The notes below the pieces were generated by a model that was not told where the DNA came from, ran no database searches, and saw nothing but the letters and a program-made list of their open reading frames with translations. Shown in pieces: positions 19,071 through 30,000 of a stretch of 37,948 nt of DNA (positions are counted from its first letter, which is position 1; each line of letters starts with the position of its first letter). This stretch comes from a virus (Duplodnaviria; Heunggongvirae; Uroviricota; Caudoviricetes). The translations under genes and the position numbers were made by a program. Location: the IMG/VR virus record IMGVR_UViG_2939162341_000002, one strand, 5' to 3'.

Positions 19071-19649
19071 ATGAAGGGGCTTGAGAATGCCATCCGTAAT
19101 CTGAACAGCCTTGATACCCGTATGGTGCCACAGGCCAGCGCATGGGCGATAAACCGTGTGGCACAGAAAGCGGTCTCGGTTGCCACCCGGCAGGTTGCCA
19201 GGAATACCGTTGCGGGAGATAACCAGGTGAAAGGGATCCCCCTGAAACTGGTACGTCAGCGTGTCCGGGGGTTTAAAGCCAGTCCGTCAGGAAAAATGAC
19301 GGCCAGGATCCGCGTTAACCGGGGCAATCTTCCCGCCATTAAGCTGGGGACAGCCCGGGTCAGACTGGCCCGGCGTGGTGGAAAACTGCAGTACCGTGGC
19401 AGTGTGCTGAAGGTGGGTAAATATCTTTTCCGGGATGCGTTTATTCAGCAACTGGCGAATGGTCGCTGGCATGTGATGCGGCGTATTGATGGCAAAAATC
19501 GTTACCCCATTGATGTGGTGAAAATCCCGCTGTCCGGACCGCTGACACAGGCATTTGAAGATGCCCGCGACCGCATCATTGCTGCGGAAATGCCGAAACA
19601 GCTGGGGTATGCACTGAAACAACAACTGAGGTTATGGCTGACCCGATGA
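19071..19649 (+). CDS. Minor tail protein (lambda gpZ-like)
   Basis: 192 aa; shares MKGLE...NRVA...NRYPIDVVKIP...LGYAL.QLR pattern with lambda Z as recalled; RBS GAGGTG. Confidence 0.8.
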   Translation: MKGLENAIRNLNSLDTRMVPQASAWAINRVAQKAVSVATRQVARNTVAGDNQVKGIPLKLVRQRVRGFKASPSGKMTARIRVNRGNLPAIKLGTARVRLARRGGKLQYRGSVLKVGKYLFRDAFIQQLANGRWHVMRRIDGKNRYPIDVVKIPLSGPLTQAFEDARDRIIAAEMPKQLGYALKQQLRLWLTR

Positions 19650-20047
19650 ACCGACATACACAAATCCGCCAGGTCGTACTGGCACGCCTTCGGGAACAGT
19701 GTGGAGACAGCGCCACGTTTTTTGACGGACTTCCGGCATTTGTTGATGCGCAGGAACTGCCTGCCGTGGCGGTGTGGCTGAGTGATGCTCAGTACACCGG
19801 AAAAATGACGGATGAAGATGACTGGCAGGCTGTTCTGCATATTGCTGTCTTCATCCGGGCACAGGCACCGGATTCAGAGCTGGATATGTGGATGGAGAGC
19901 ACCATTTTCCCGGCCCTGAATGATGTACCGGCACTTTCCGGACTCATCGACACCCTGATCCCACTCGGTTTTAACTATCAACGTGATAATGAGATGGCCA
20001 CCTGGGCGATGGCGGAAATCACGTACCAGATCACGTACACGAATTAA
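19646..20047 (+). CDS. Tail terminator protein (lambda gpU-like)
   Basis: Shares ATFFDG...FPAVAV...AQYTG...PDSELD.WMES pattern with lambda U; start taken at the ATG overlapping the Z stop (ATGA); the ORF also has an upstream ATG at 19634. Confidence 0.85.
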   Translation: MNRHTQIRQVVLARLREQCGDSATFFDGLPAFVDAQELPAVAVWLSDAQYTGKMTDEDDWQAVLHIAVFIRAQAPDSELDMWMESTIFPALNDVPALSGLIDTLIPLGFNYQRDNEMATWAMAEITYQITYTN

Positions 20048-20057
20048 GGAGGTGGTA

Positions 20058-20801
20058 ATGACCACACCAAATCCACTGGCAAAAACGAAAGGTGCGGGAA
20101 CGACGTTCTGGATGTACACCGGCAAGGGCGATGCGTTTGCGAACCCTTTATCGGACACTGACTGGCTGCGTCTTGCGATGGTGAAGGATCTGCAACCTGG
20201 CGAAATGACCGCTGATGCAGAAGATGACACTTATCTCGATGATGAAGATGCAGACTGGAAAACGACAACTCAGGGGCAGAAATCCGTCGGTGATACTTCG
20301 GCGACGCTGGCCTGGCGTCCGGGTGACAGCGGACAGAAAAAACTGGTTCAGTTGTTCGACTCCGGTGAAATCTGCGCGTTTCGTATCAAATATCCCAACG
20401 GCACTGTTGATGTTTTCCGTGGCTGGCTGAGTTCACTGGGTAAAACCATTGCCTCAAAAGACGTGATGACCCGCACCGTGAAAATCAGCGGTGTGGGGCG
20501 TCCGTATCTGGCAGAGGAGGGCACTGAAACCGTGGGCGTTACCGGGCTGACGGTGGCACCGGCATCCGCCAGTATCAATGTGGGAGCAACCACCACGCTG
20601 ACCTTTACAGTAAAACCTGACGGAGCCAGTGACAAAGCGATCAGTGTGCATTCGACAGATCCACAGACAGCCACTGTGACCCTGAACGGACTTGTGGCCA
20701 CGGTGAAAGGCGTGAAGCAGGGCAGTGTCAGCATTGTGGGCATGACTTCTGACGGCGATTTTGTGGCAGTGGCTACGGTGGCTGTCAGCGCCGCAGGTTA
20801 A
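20058..20801 (+). CDS. Major tail protein (lambda gpV-like) with C-terminal Ig-like domain
   Basis: Strong resemblance to lambda V (KGAGTT.W.Y.G.GD..ANPLSD.DW.RLA.VKDL.PGE.TA...DD.YLDDEDADW, FPNGTVDVFRGW); RBS AAGGAGGTGG. Confidence 0.93.
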   Translation: MTTPNPLAKTKGAGTTFWMYTGKGDAFANPLSDTDWLRLAMVKDLQPGEMTADAEDDTYLDDEDADWKTTTQGQKSVGDTSATLAWRPGDSGQKKLVQLFDSGEICAFRIKYPNGTVDVFRGWLSSLGKTIASKDVMTRTVKISGVGRPYLAEEGTETVGVTGLTVAPASASINVGATTTLTFTVKPDGASDKAISVHSTDPQTATVTLNGLVATVKGVKQGSVSIVGMTSDGDFVAVATVAVSAAG

Positions 20802-20821
20802 CAGGATGATACTCATCATTT

Positions 20822-20845
20822 GCCCCGGTTATTCGGGGCTTTTTT
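20822..20845 (+). terminator. Hairpin plus T-run between V and G (possible attenuator)
   Basis: GCCCCG-GTTATT-CGGGGC followed by TTTTTT. Confidence 0.5.
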
Positions 20846-20858
20846 GCAGGTGGAGAAT

Positions 20859-21248
20859 ATGATGTTTCTGAAACAGGGCACGTTTAATTATGAAAAACAG
20901 TCCGTGGTGCTCAGTGAGCTGTCCGGGCTGCAGAGAATTGAATATCTGGCGTTTGTTCAGCAGCGAACGGCAAAGTTTGATGCCGGGGAGGGAGAACTAT
21001 CGGAGGCTGAACGACAGATTGCTTTTCTGCGGATGGGGATGGATATCAATGCCTGGCTGGTTTCCCGCTCACTGTGGAATGCGGAACAGTCTCAGGATGT
21101 TGAGACGCTTTACGCATCCGTTATTACAAGATGGTCGTATGATGCCCTAGGTGCGGGGGCGGAGATGGTTCTGTCGCTGAGCGGTATGGGGGCCATTGAT
21201 AATGCCGGGGATTTGGAGCATGAGGTGCTGACGCCGGAAAAGTCCTGA
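20859..21248 (+). CDS. Tail assembly chaperone G
   Basis: Starts MMFLKQ with RBS GGTGGAG; lambda G-like (MFLK..., LSELS.LQRIE.LA); followed by a T ORF in the -1 frame. Confidence 0.85.
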   Translation: MMFLKQGTFNYEKQSVVLSELSGLQRIEYLAFVQQRTAKFDAGEGELSEAERQIAFLRMGMDINAWLVSRSLWNAEQSQDVETLYASVITRWSYDALGAGAEMVLSLSGMGAIDNAGDLEHEVLTPEKS

Positions 21249-21535
21249 CGCGGGAAATGCAGTTTGTCATGCGGCTTGCCCGGGAGTTCCGGCGGGCAGA
21301 CTGGCGGCGGATGCTGTCGGAAATGTCGGCCACTGAGCTTGGTGAGTGGGGCGATTATTTCCGGATGCAGAGCTTCAGTGATGTGTGGATGGATGCGCAG
21401 TTTGCCTCGCTGAAGGCATTGATCGTGAGAATGGTGTCCGGCAGCAGTGATGCTGCGGTGGCTGATTTCAGCCTTTTACCGGAAGAGAACGGGATACCGG
21501 AGCGAACGGACGAAGAACTGATGCATCTTGGGTAA
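20859..21535 (+). CDS. Tail assembly chaperone G-T fusion, made by a programmed -1 frameshift near the end of G
   Basis: The T frame (ORF 21257..21535) is -1 relative to G and is open from 21224; only 21224..21245 allows the shift; candidate site G GAA AAG at 21236..21242. Confidence 0.6.
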
Positions 21536-21557
21536 GGTATTTCCGGAGGTGTGCGTT

Positions 21558-24500
21558 ATGGACCAGATAGCCAACCTGGTCATTGATTTGGGGATTGATG
21601 CGGCAGAGTTTAAAAATGAAATTCCCCGTATCAAAAACCTTCTGAATGGTGCAGCCAGCGATGCAGAACGGTCTTCTGCCCGTATGCAGCGTTTTATGGA
21701 GCGTCAGACTCAGGCCGCCCGGCAGACAACGCAGGCGGCGTCTTCGGCTGCAACAGCCGCATCCGTCCATGCGCAGACGGTGGAGAAGAACGCACAGGCT
21801 CATGAACGCATGGCCCGCGAGGTGGAGAAAACCCGCCAGCGTATGGAGGCACTGAGCCAGAAAATGCGCGAGGAACAGGCGCAGGCCATGGCTCTGGCGG
21901 AGGCTCAGGATAAAGCAGCTGCTGCGTTTTATCGTCAGATTGACAGTGTGAAACAGGCCAGTGCGGGGCTGCAGGAATTACAGCGTATTCAGCAGCAGAT
22001 CCGACAGTCCAGAAACAGTGGCGGGATTGGTCAGCAGGATTATCTGGCGCTGATTTCTGAGGTTACGGCGAAAACCCGTGTTCTTACGCAGGCTGAGGAA
22101 GAGGCTACCCGACAGAAAGTGGCGTTTATCCGTCAGCTTAAAGAGCAGGCAACCCGCCAGAATCTTTCTTCTTCTGAGTTGCTTCGTGCTAAGGCTGCCC
22201 AGCTGGGGGTAAGCAGTGCTGCAGAAGTGTATATCCGCAAAATGGAGCAGGCAGGAAAAGCCACGCATTCGCTGGGTCTGAAAAGTGCAGCGGCCCGCCA
22301 GGAGATAGGCGTTCTGATAGGTGAACTGGCCCGCGGCAATGTAGGGGCGCTGAGGGGATCCGGGATAACGCTGGCTAACCGTGCCGGATGGATAGACACT
22401 CTGATGTCACCGAAAGGCATGATGCTTGGCGGGGTTATTGGCGGTATTGCCGCGTCCGTCTATGGTCTGGGTAAAGCCTGGTATGACGGTCAGAAGGAGG
22501 GGGAAGAATTTAACCGCCAGTTGTCGCTGACGGGGCATTATGCCGGAGTCACTGCCGGGCAGCTGTGGACGCTCAGTCGTGCTATTTCCGGGAATGGTAT
22601 CACGCAACATGCTGCAGCCGGTGTGCTGGCTCAGGTGGTGGGGAGTGGTGCATTTCGTGGAAACGATATCGGTATGGTGGCGAGAGCTGCCGCACAGATG
22701 GAGCGATCGGTTGGCCAGTCGGTCAGCGATACCATAAATCAGTTTAAGCGGCTGAAGGATGATCCTGTAAATGCCGCGAAGGCTCTGGACAATGAGCTGC
22801 ATTTTCTTACTGCCACTCAGCTTGAGCAGATACGTGTCCTTGGGGATCAGGGACGGTCCAGTGATGCTGCACGGATAGCCATGTCTGCACTGGCAGAGGA
22901 AACCGGTCGGCGTACTGCGGATATTGATAATAACCTCAATGCGCTTGGCAGTACGCTGAAGTATCTGTCTGATTTGTGGAGTCGTTTCTGGGATGCGGCC
23001 ATGAATATTGGTCGTGAAGACTCGCTGGATGAACAGATTGCCGCTTTACAGGAGAAAGTGTCGCGGGCGAAAAGACTCCCCTGGACGGCATCATCTTCTC
23101 AGGTTGAATACGATCAGCAGCGTCTTAACGATCTTCAGGAGAAAAAACGCCAGAAGGATTTGCAGGATGCAAAAGAGCAGGCAGAGCGGAATTATCAGGA
23201 GCAACAGAAACGACGTAATGCTGAAAATGCTGCACTGAACCGGATGAATGAAACGGAAGCAGCACGACATCAGCGTGAAATTGCGCGTATTAATTCCATG
23301 CAGTACGCCGATCAGGCTGTCAGGGATGCAGCGATACAACGTGAAAATGAACGTTACGAGAAAGCCCTGGCATCCGGTAAGAAAAAAACACGCGAAACCC
23401 GTAATGATGAGGCCACCCGGTTATTGCTGCAGTACAGTCAGCAACAGGCACAGGTGGAAGGACAGATTGCTGCTGCAAGACAGTCAGCAGGCATTGCCAC
23501 TGAAAAGATGACAGAAGCGCATAAACAGCTTCTGGCTCTGCAGCAGCGCATCAGCGATCTGGACGGGAAAAAACTGACGGCAGATGAAAAGAGTGTGCTG
23601 GCCCGTAAAGATGAACTGATTCAGGCACTGACGCTGCTGGATGTAAAACAGCAGGAGCTTCAGAAACAGACGGCACTCAACGATCTGAAGAAAAAAACAA
23701 TTCAGCTGACCAGTCAACTGGCTGAAGAAGAGCTCGTTCAGCGTCAGCAACATGACCTGGATATCGCCACGGTGGGTATGGGTGATCAGCAGCGGCAGCG
23801 ATATCAGGTACAACTGAGTCTTCGCCAGAAATACCAGCAACAGCTGGAGCAGTTGAGGCGGGATAGTGAGCAGAAAGGGACATATAACACGGATGACTAC
23901 AGAAAGGCCGAGCAGGCGCTGACGGAGAGCCTGAACCGACAACTGAATGAGAATCGCCGTTACTGGCAACAGCTTGAAGTTGTGCAGGGTAACTGGAAAA
24001 ACGGAGTCCTGCGTGCATTTCAGGATTTTACCGTGGATGCAGACAATACGGCAGGAACAGCAGAACAGGTGTTCTCGTCAGCCTTCAGCAACATGGGAAA
24101 TGGTCTGGCAACTTTTGTCACTACCGGCAAACTCAACTTCAAATCCTTCACCTCTTCGGTGCTGTCAGATATGGCGAAAATCCTGGCGCAGGCAACCATG
24201 ATGAAATCGATAAAAGGGATTGGCAGTGTACTGGGATTTGATCTCAGCAGCCTTTCCCTGAATGCCAATGGGGGGATTTATCAGTCTGCTGATTTGAGTC
24301 GTTACAGTGGCACGGTGGTTAACCGTCCGACGTTTTTTGCTTTTGCAAAAGGCGCGGGTGTGATGGGGGAAGCTGGACCTGAAGCCATTCTGCCACTGCG
24401 TCGTGGTGCTGACGGTAAGCTGGGGGTTGTGGCGGATATTGGTGGTTCAGGTATGGCGATGTTTGCCCCGCAGTACAACATCGAGATCAATAACGATGGC

Positions 24501-24623
24501 ACGAACGGGCAGATAGGTCCGGCTGCCCTGAAGGTGGTTTATGACCTTGGGAAAAAAGCGGCAGCGGACTTTATGCAACAGCAGGCCCGTGATGGTGGTC
24601 GGTTAAGTGGAGCATATCGGTAA
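21558..24623 (+). CDS. Tail tape measure protein (lambda gpH-like)
   Basis: ~1020 aa; coiled-coil-rich; C-terminus INNDGTNGQIGPAALKVVYDLGKK...DGGRLSG resembles lambda H; ATG at 21558 with RBS GGAGGTG (ORF-finder start is TTG at 21528). Confidence 0.92.
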   Translation: MDQIANLVIDLGIDAAEFKNEIPRIKNLLNGAASDAERSSARMQRFMERQTQAARQTTQAASSAATAASVHAQTVEKNAQAHERMAREVEKTRQRMEALSQKMREEQAQAMALAEAQDKAAAAFYRQIDSVKQASAGLQELQRIQQQIRQSRNSGGIGQQDYLALISEVTAKTRVLTQAEEEATRQKVAFIRQLKEQATRQNLSSSELLRAKAAQLGVSSAAEVYIRKMEQAGKATHSLGLKSAAARQEIGVLIGELARGNVGALRGSGITLANRAGWIDTLMSPKGMMLGGVIGGIAASVYGLGKAWYDGQKEGEEFNRQLSLTGHYAGVTAGQLWTLSRAISGNGITQHAAAGVLAQVVGSGAFRGNDIGMVARAAAQMERSVGQSVSDTINQFKRLKDDPVNAAKALDNELHFLTATQLEQIRVLGDQGRSSDAARIAMSALAEETGRRTADIDNNLNALGSTLKYLSDLWSRFWDAAMNIGREDSLDEQIAALQEKVSRAKRLPWTASSSQVEYDQQRLNDLQEKKRQKDLQDAKEQAERNYQEQQKRRNAENAALNRMNETEAARHQREIARINSMQYADQAVRDAAIQRENERYEKALASGKKKTRETRNDEATRLLLQYSQQQAQVEGQIAAARQSAGIATEKMTEAHKQLLALQQRISDLDGKKLTADEKSVLARKDELIQALTLLDVKQQELQKQTALNDLKKKTIQLTSQLAEEELVQRQQHDLDIATVGMGDQQRQRYQVQLSLRQKYQQQLEQLRRDSEQKGTYNTDDYRKAEQALTESLNRQLNENRRYWQQLEVVQGNWKNGVLRAFQDFTVDADNTAGTAEQVFSSAFSNMGNGLATFVTTGKLNFKSFTSSVLSDMAKILAQATMMKSIKGIGSVLGFDLSSLSLNANGGIYQSADLSRYSGTVVNRPTFFAFAKGAGVMGEAGPEAILPLRRGADGKLGVVADIGGSGMAMFAPQYNIEINNDGTNGQIGPAALKVVYDLGKKAAADFMQQQARDGGRLSGAYR

Positions 24624-24952
24624 TGGAGACGTTTCACTGGAAAGTGCGCCCGGATATGAATGTGGTATCAGAGCCGAAAGTGGTGACAGTGAAGCTGGGC
24701 GATGGTTATGAACAGCGTCGTGCGGCGGGACTGAATAACCAGTTGTCGACTTACAGCGTGACGATACGTGTTCGTAAATGTGAACACCCATCTTTAAAAG
24801 CCTTTCTGGAACGGCACGGTGGCGTCCGCGCATTTCAGTGGACGCCACCTTATGACTGGAAGCCGATCAGGGTGGTTTGTCGTAAATGGTCGGCAAGCGT
24901 GGGGGCGTTGTGGGTAACCATAACGGCAGATTTTGAACAGGTCGTGGCATAG
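24623..24952 (+). CDS. Minor tail protein M
   Basis: 109 aa; TAATG overlap with the H stop; lambda M position and size. Confidence 0.85.
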   Translation: METFHWKVRPDMNVVSEPKVVTVKLGDGYEQRRAAGLNNQLSTYSVTIRVRKCEHPSLKAFLERHGGVRAFQWTPPYDWKPIRVVCRKWSASVGALWVTITADFEQVVA

Positions 24953-24961
24953 GAGTCTCTG

Positions 24962-25660
24962 ATGCAGGATATTCCACAGGAAACACATCATGAGACGACA
25001 CGCCTCACTCAGTCAGCCCAGGTGGTGCTCTGGGAAATCGATCTGACAGTGGTCGGTGGAGAACGTTATTTTTTCTGTAATGAGCAGAATGAAAAAGGTG
25101 AGTCTGTCACCTGGCAGGGGCGACAGTATCAGGCGTATCCCATTCAGGGGACGGGATTTGAACTGAACGGCAAGGGCAGTGCTGCCCGTCCGACACTGAC
25201 GGTTTCTAACCTGCACGGCATGGTCACCGGGATGGCGGAAGACCTGCAGAGTCTGGTCGGAGGAACGGTGGTCCGGCGTAAGGTTTACGCCCGTTTTCTG
25301 GATGCGGTGAACTTCGTCAACGGAAACAGTGACGCCGATCCGGAGCAGGAGGTGATCAGCCGCTGGCGCATCGAGCAGTGCAGCGAACTGAGCGCGGTGA
25401 GTGCCTCTTTTGTACTGTCCACGCCGACGGAAACGGACGGTGCCGTTTTTCCGGGACGTATCATGCTGGCCAACACCTGCACCTGGACCTATCGCGGTGA
25501 TGAGTGCGGTTATCACGGTCCGGCGGTCGCGGATGAATATGATCAGCCGACGTCCGATATCACGAAGGATAAATGCAGCAAATGCCTGAGCGGCTGTAAG
25601 TTTCGCAATAACGTCGGCAACTTTGGCGGCTTCCTTTCCATTAACAAACTTTCGCAGTGA
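24962..25660 (+). CDS. Minor tail protein L
   Basis: 232 aa; near-identical in pattern to lambda L as recalled, including the C-terminal Cys cluster (CTWTYRGDECGY...CSKCLSGCKFRNN). Confidence 0.92.
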   Translation: MQDIPQETHHETTRLTQSAQVVLWEIDLTVVGGERYFFCNEQNEKGESVTWQGRQYQAYPIQGTGFELNGKGSAARPTLTVSNLHGMVTGMAEDLQSLVGGTVVRRKVYARFLDAVNFVNGNSDADPEQEVISRWRIEQCSELSAVSASFVLSTPTETDGAVFPGRIMLANTCTWTYRGDECGYHGPAVADEYDQPTSDITKDKCSKCLSGCKFRNNVGNFGGFLSINKLSQ

Positions 25661-26409
25661 ATCCCATGACAGAGACAGAATCAGCGATTCTGGCGCACGC
25701 CCGGCGATGTGCGCCAGCGGAGTCGTGCGGCTTCGTGGTGAGAACGCCGGAGGGGGAAAGATATTTTCCCTGCGTGAATATCTCCGGTGAGCCGGAGGAT
25801 TATTTCCGGATGGCTCCGGAGGACTGGCTGCAGGCAGAAATGCAGGGTGAGATTGTGGCGCTGGTCCACAGCCACCCCGGTGGTCTGCCCTGGCTGAGTG
25901 AGGCCGACCGGCGGCTGCAGGTGCAGAGTGATTTGCCGTGGTGACTGGTTTGCCGGGGGGCGATTCACAAGTTCCGCTGTGTGCCACATCTTTCCGGGCG
26001 GCGCTTTGAGCACGGGGTGACGGACTGTTACACGCTGTTCCGGGATGCTTACCATCTGGCGGGGATTGAGATGCCGGATTTTCATCGCGAGGATGACTGG
26101 TGGCGTAACGGTCAGAATCTCTATCTGGATAATCTGGAGGCCACAGGGCTGTATCAGGTGCCGTTGTCAGCGGCGCAGCCGGGCGATGTGCTGATGTGCT
26201 GTTTTGGTTCATCGGTGCCGAATCATGCCGCCATTTACTGTGGTGACAGCGAGCTGCTGCACCATATTCCTGAACAACTGAGCAAACGAGAGAGGTACAC
26301 CGACAAATGGCAGCGACGCACACACTCCCTCTGGCGTCACCGGGCATGGCACGCATCTGCCTTTACGGGGATTTACAACGATTTGGCCGCCGCATCGACC
26401 TTCGAGTGA
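25657..26409 (+). pseudogene. Tail tip assembly protein K (MPN/JAMM plus NlpC/P60 domains) interrupted by an in-frame TGA at 25942..25944
   Basis: The two ORF-finder pieces (25657..25944 and 25981..26409) are in the same frame. The upstream piece carries HSHPGG (JAMM); the downstream piece carries the Cys region (DCYTLF). The stop follows a Trp codon (PW*LVCRG), consistent with TGG to TGA. Confidence 0.8.
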
Positions 26410-26954
26410 AAACGGGGTCCGAAGCCATCCGGGCGCTGGCCATGCAGAACCCGGCGTTTCGTCAGAAACTGAGCGACGGCTGGTACCAGGTACGCATTGC
26501 CGGGCGTGATGCAGGTGAAACCGAATTGTCTGCCCGTCTTAATGAGCCGCTGGCAAATGGTGCCGTGATCCACATCGTGCCGCGTCTGGCGGGAGCTAAA
26601 AGTGGCGGTGTGTTTCAGGTGGTGCTGGGGGCGGCGCTGATTGCGGTGGCATGGTGGAACCCTGTGGGCTGGCTGGGTGCCGCGGCTGTATCGGGCATGT
26701 ATGCGGCAGGGGCCAGTATGATCCTGGGCGGAGTGGCGCAGATGCTGGCACCGAAAGCCAGGACGCCCACGGCAGCAAGTACAGATAACGGCAAACAGAA
26801 CACCTATTTCTCCTCACTGGATAACATGGTTGCCCAGGGCAATGTTCTGCCCGTTCTGTACGGTGAAATGCGCGTGGGGTCGCGGGTGGTCTCTCAGGAG
26901 ATCAGCACGGCAGACGAAGGGGATGGTGGTCAGGTTGTGGTGATTGGTCGCTGA
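26307..26954 (+). CDS. Tail assembly protein I
   Basis: 215 aa; lambda I-like, with hydrophobic Gly/Ala-rich segment and C-terminus NVLPVLYGEMRVGSRVVSQEI; start overlaps the K 3' end (internal alternative MARICLYG). Confidence 0.88.
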   Translation: MAATHTLPLASPGMARICLYGDLQRFGRRIDLRVKTGSEAIRALAMQNPAFRQKLSDGWYQVRIAGRDAGETELSARLNEPLANGAVIHIVPRLAGAKSGGVFQVVLGAALIAVAWWNPVGWLGAAAVSGMYAAGASMILGGVAQMLAPKARTPTAASTDNGKQNTYFSSLDNMVAQGNVLPVLYGEMRVGSRVVSQEISTADEGDGGQVVVIGR

Positions 26955-27013
26955 TGAAAAACGTTTATGTGAAACCGCCTCCGGGCGGTTTTGTCGTTTA
27001 TGGAGCATGACGA

Positions 27014-30000
27014 ATGGGTAAAGGCAGCAGTAAGGGGCATACTCCGCGCGAAGCGAAGGACAACCTGAAGTCCACGCAGTTGCTGAGTGTGATCGATGCC
27101 ATCAGCGAAGGGCCGGTTGAAGGTCCGGTGGATGGATTAAAAAGCGTGCTGCTGAACAGTACGCCAGTGCTGGACAGTGAGGGGAATACCAATATATCCG
27201 GCGTCACGGTGGTGTTCCGGGCCGGTGAGCAGGAGCAGACACCGCCGGAGGGATTTGAATCCTCCGGCTCCGAGACGGTGCTCGGTACAGAAGTGAAATA
27301 TGACACGCCGATCACCCGGACCATCACGTCGGCAAACATTGACCGTCTGCGTTTTACTTTCGGCGTGCAGGCACTGGTGGAAACCACCTCAAAGGGGGAC
27401 AGGAATCCATCGGAAGTCCGCCTGCTGGTTCAGATACAACGTAACGGTGGCTGGGTGACGGAAAAAGACATCACCATTAAGGGTAAAACCACTTCACAGT
27501 ATCTGGCCTCGGTGGTGGTGGATAACCTGCCGCCGCGCCCGTTCAGTATCCGGATGCGCAGGATGACGCCGGACAGCACCACAGACCAGCTGCAGAACAA
27601 AACGCTCTGGTCGTCATACACCGAAATTATCGATGTGAAACAGTGCTACCCGAACACGGCACTGGTCGGCGTGCAGGTGGACTCGGAGCAGTTCGGCAGC
27701 CAGCAGGTGAGCCGTAATTATCATCTGCGCGGGCGTATTCTGCAGGTGCCGTCGAATTATAACCCGCAGACGCGGCAATACAGCGGTATCTGGGACGGAA
27801 CGTTTAAACCGGCATACAGCAACAACATGGCCTGGTGTCTGTGGGATATGCTGACCCATCCGCGCTACGGCATGGGGAAACGTCTTGGTGCGGCGGATGT
27901 GGATAAATGGGCGTTGTATGTTATCGGCCAGTACTGCGACCAGTCAGTGCCGGACGGTTTTGGCGGCACGGAGCCGCGCATCACCTGTAATGCCTGGCTG
28001 ACCACACAGCGCAAGGCGTGGGATGTGCTCAGTGATTTCTGCTCGGCGATGCGCTGTATGCCGGTATGGAACGGGCAGACGCTGACGTTCGTGCAGGACC
28101 GACCATCAGATAAGGTGTGGACCTATAACCGCAGTAATGTGGTGATGCCGGATGATGGCGCGCCGTTCCGCTACAGCTTCAGCGCCCTGAAGGACCGCCA
28201 TAATGCCGTTGAGGTGAACTGGATTGACCCGAACAACGGCTGGGAGACGGCGACAGAGCTTGTTGAAGATACGCAGGCCATTGCCCGTTACGGTCGTAAT
28301 GTTACGAAGATGGATGCCTTTGGCTGTACCAGCCGGGGGCAGGCACACCGCGCCGGGCTGTGGCTGATTAAAACGGAGCTGCTGGAGACGCAGACCGTGG
28401 ATTTCAGCGTGGGTGCCGAAGGGCTTCGCCATGTGCCGGGTGATGTTATTGAAATCTGCGATGATGACTATGCGGGGATCAGCATCGGCGGGCGCGTGCT
28501 GGCTGTGAACAGCCAGACCCGGACGCTGACGCTCGACCGTGAAATCACGCTGCCATCCTCCGGTACCACGCTGATAAGCCTGGTTGACGGAAGTGGCAAT
28601 CCGGTCAGCGTGGAGGTCCAGTCCGTCACCGACGGCGTGAAGGTAAAAGTGAGCCGTGTTCCTGACGGCGTTGCCGGATACAGCGTATGGGGGCTGAAGC
28701 TGCCGACGCTGCGCCAGCGCCTGTTCCGCTGCGTGAGTATCCGTGAGAACGATGACGGCACGTATGCCATCACCGCCGTGCAGCATGTACCGGAAAAAGA
28801 GGCCATCGTGGATAACGGGGCGCACTTTGACGGCGACCAGAGCGGCACGGTGAATGGTGTCACGCCGCCAGCGGTGCAGCACCTGACTGCCGAAGTCACC
28901 GCAGACAGCGGGGAATATCAGGTGCTGGCGCGCTGGGACACGCCGAAGGTGGTGAAGGGGGTGAGCTTTATGCTTCGCCTGACCGTGGCAGCGGATGACG
29001 GCAGTGAGCGGCTGGTCAGCACGGCCCGGACGACGGAAACCACATACCGCTTCACGCAACTGGCGCCAGGGAACTACAGGCTGACAGTCCGGGCGGTAAA
29101 TGCGTGGGGACAGCAGGGCGATCCGGCATCGGTATCGTTCCGGATTGCCGCACCGGCAGCGCCGTCTCGGATTGAGCTGACACCGGGCTATTTTCAGATA
29201 ACCGCCACGCCGCATCTTGCGGTTTATGACCCGACGGTACAGTTTGAGTTCTGGTTCTCGGAAAAACGGATTACCGATATCAGGCAGGTTGAAACCACAG
29301 CCCGCTATCTTGGCACGGCGCTGTACTGGATAGCTGCCAGTATCAATATCAGGCCGGGCCATGATTATTATTTTTACGTTCGTAGTGTGAACACCGTTGG
29401 CAAATCGGCATTCGTGGAGGCTGTCGGTCGGGCGAGCGATGATGCGGAAGGTTACCTGGATTTTTTCAAAGGCAAGATAACCGAATCTCATCTCGGCAAG
29501 GAGTTGCTGGAAAAAGTCGACCTGACGGAGGATAACGCCAGCAAACTGGATGAGTTTTCGAAAGAGTGGAAGGACGCCAACGATAAGTGGAATGCCATGT
29601 GGGGCGTCAAAATTGAGCAGACCAAAGACGGCAAACATTATGTCGCGGGGCTTGGCCTCAGCATGGAGGATACAGAGGAAGGCAAACTGAGCCAGTTTCT
29701 GGTTGCCGCCAATCGTATCGCGTTTATTGACCCGGCAAACGGGAATGAAACGCCGATGTTTGTGGCGCAGGGCAACCAGATATTCATGAACGACGTGTTC
29801 CTGAAACGCCTGACGGCCCCCACCATTACCAGTGGTGGAAATCCACCGGTATTTTCCCTGACACCGGACGGAAAGCTGACCGCTAAAAATGCGGATATTA
29901 GTGGCAGTGTGAATGCGAACTCCGGGACGCTCAACAACGTCACGATAAATGAAAACTGTACGATTAAGGGCATGCTGGAGGCGAATCAGGTCAGAGGTGA

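Noticed and set aside
18435-19164. Minus-strand ORFs overlapping the head decoration and FII-like genes (18435..18830, 18781..19164)
   Set aside because: Antisense to a tightly packed, translationally coupled plus-strand operon; no start context.
28106-29638. 510-aa minus-strand ORF inside the J gene, and similar long antisense ORFs (25013..26356, 21978..22802, 23484..24018)
   Set aside because: They lie entirely antisense to or overlapping well-supported GC-rich structural genes, have Arg/Pro/Gly-rich low-complexity translations typical of spurious high-GC frames, and lack RBS and start context.
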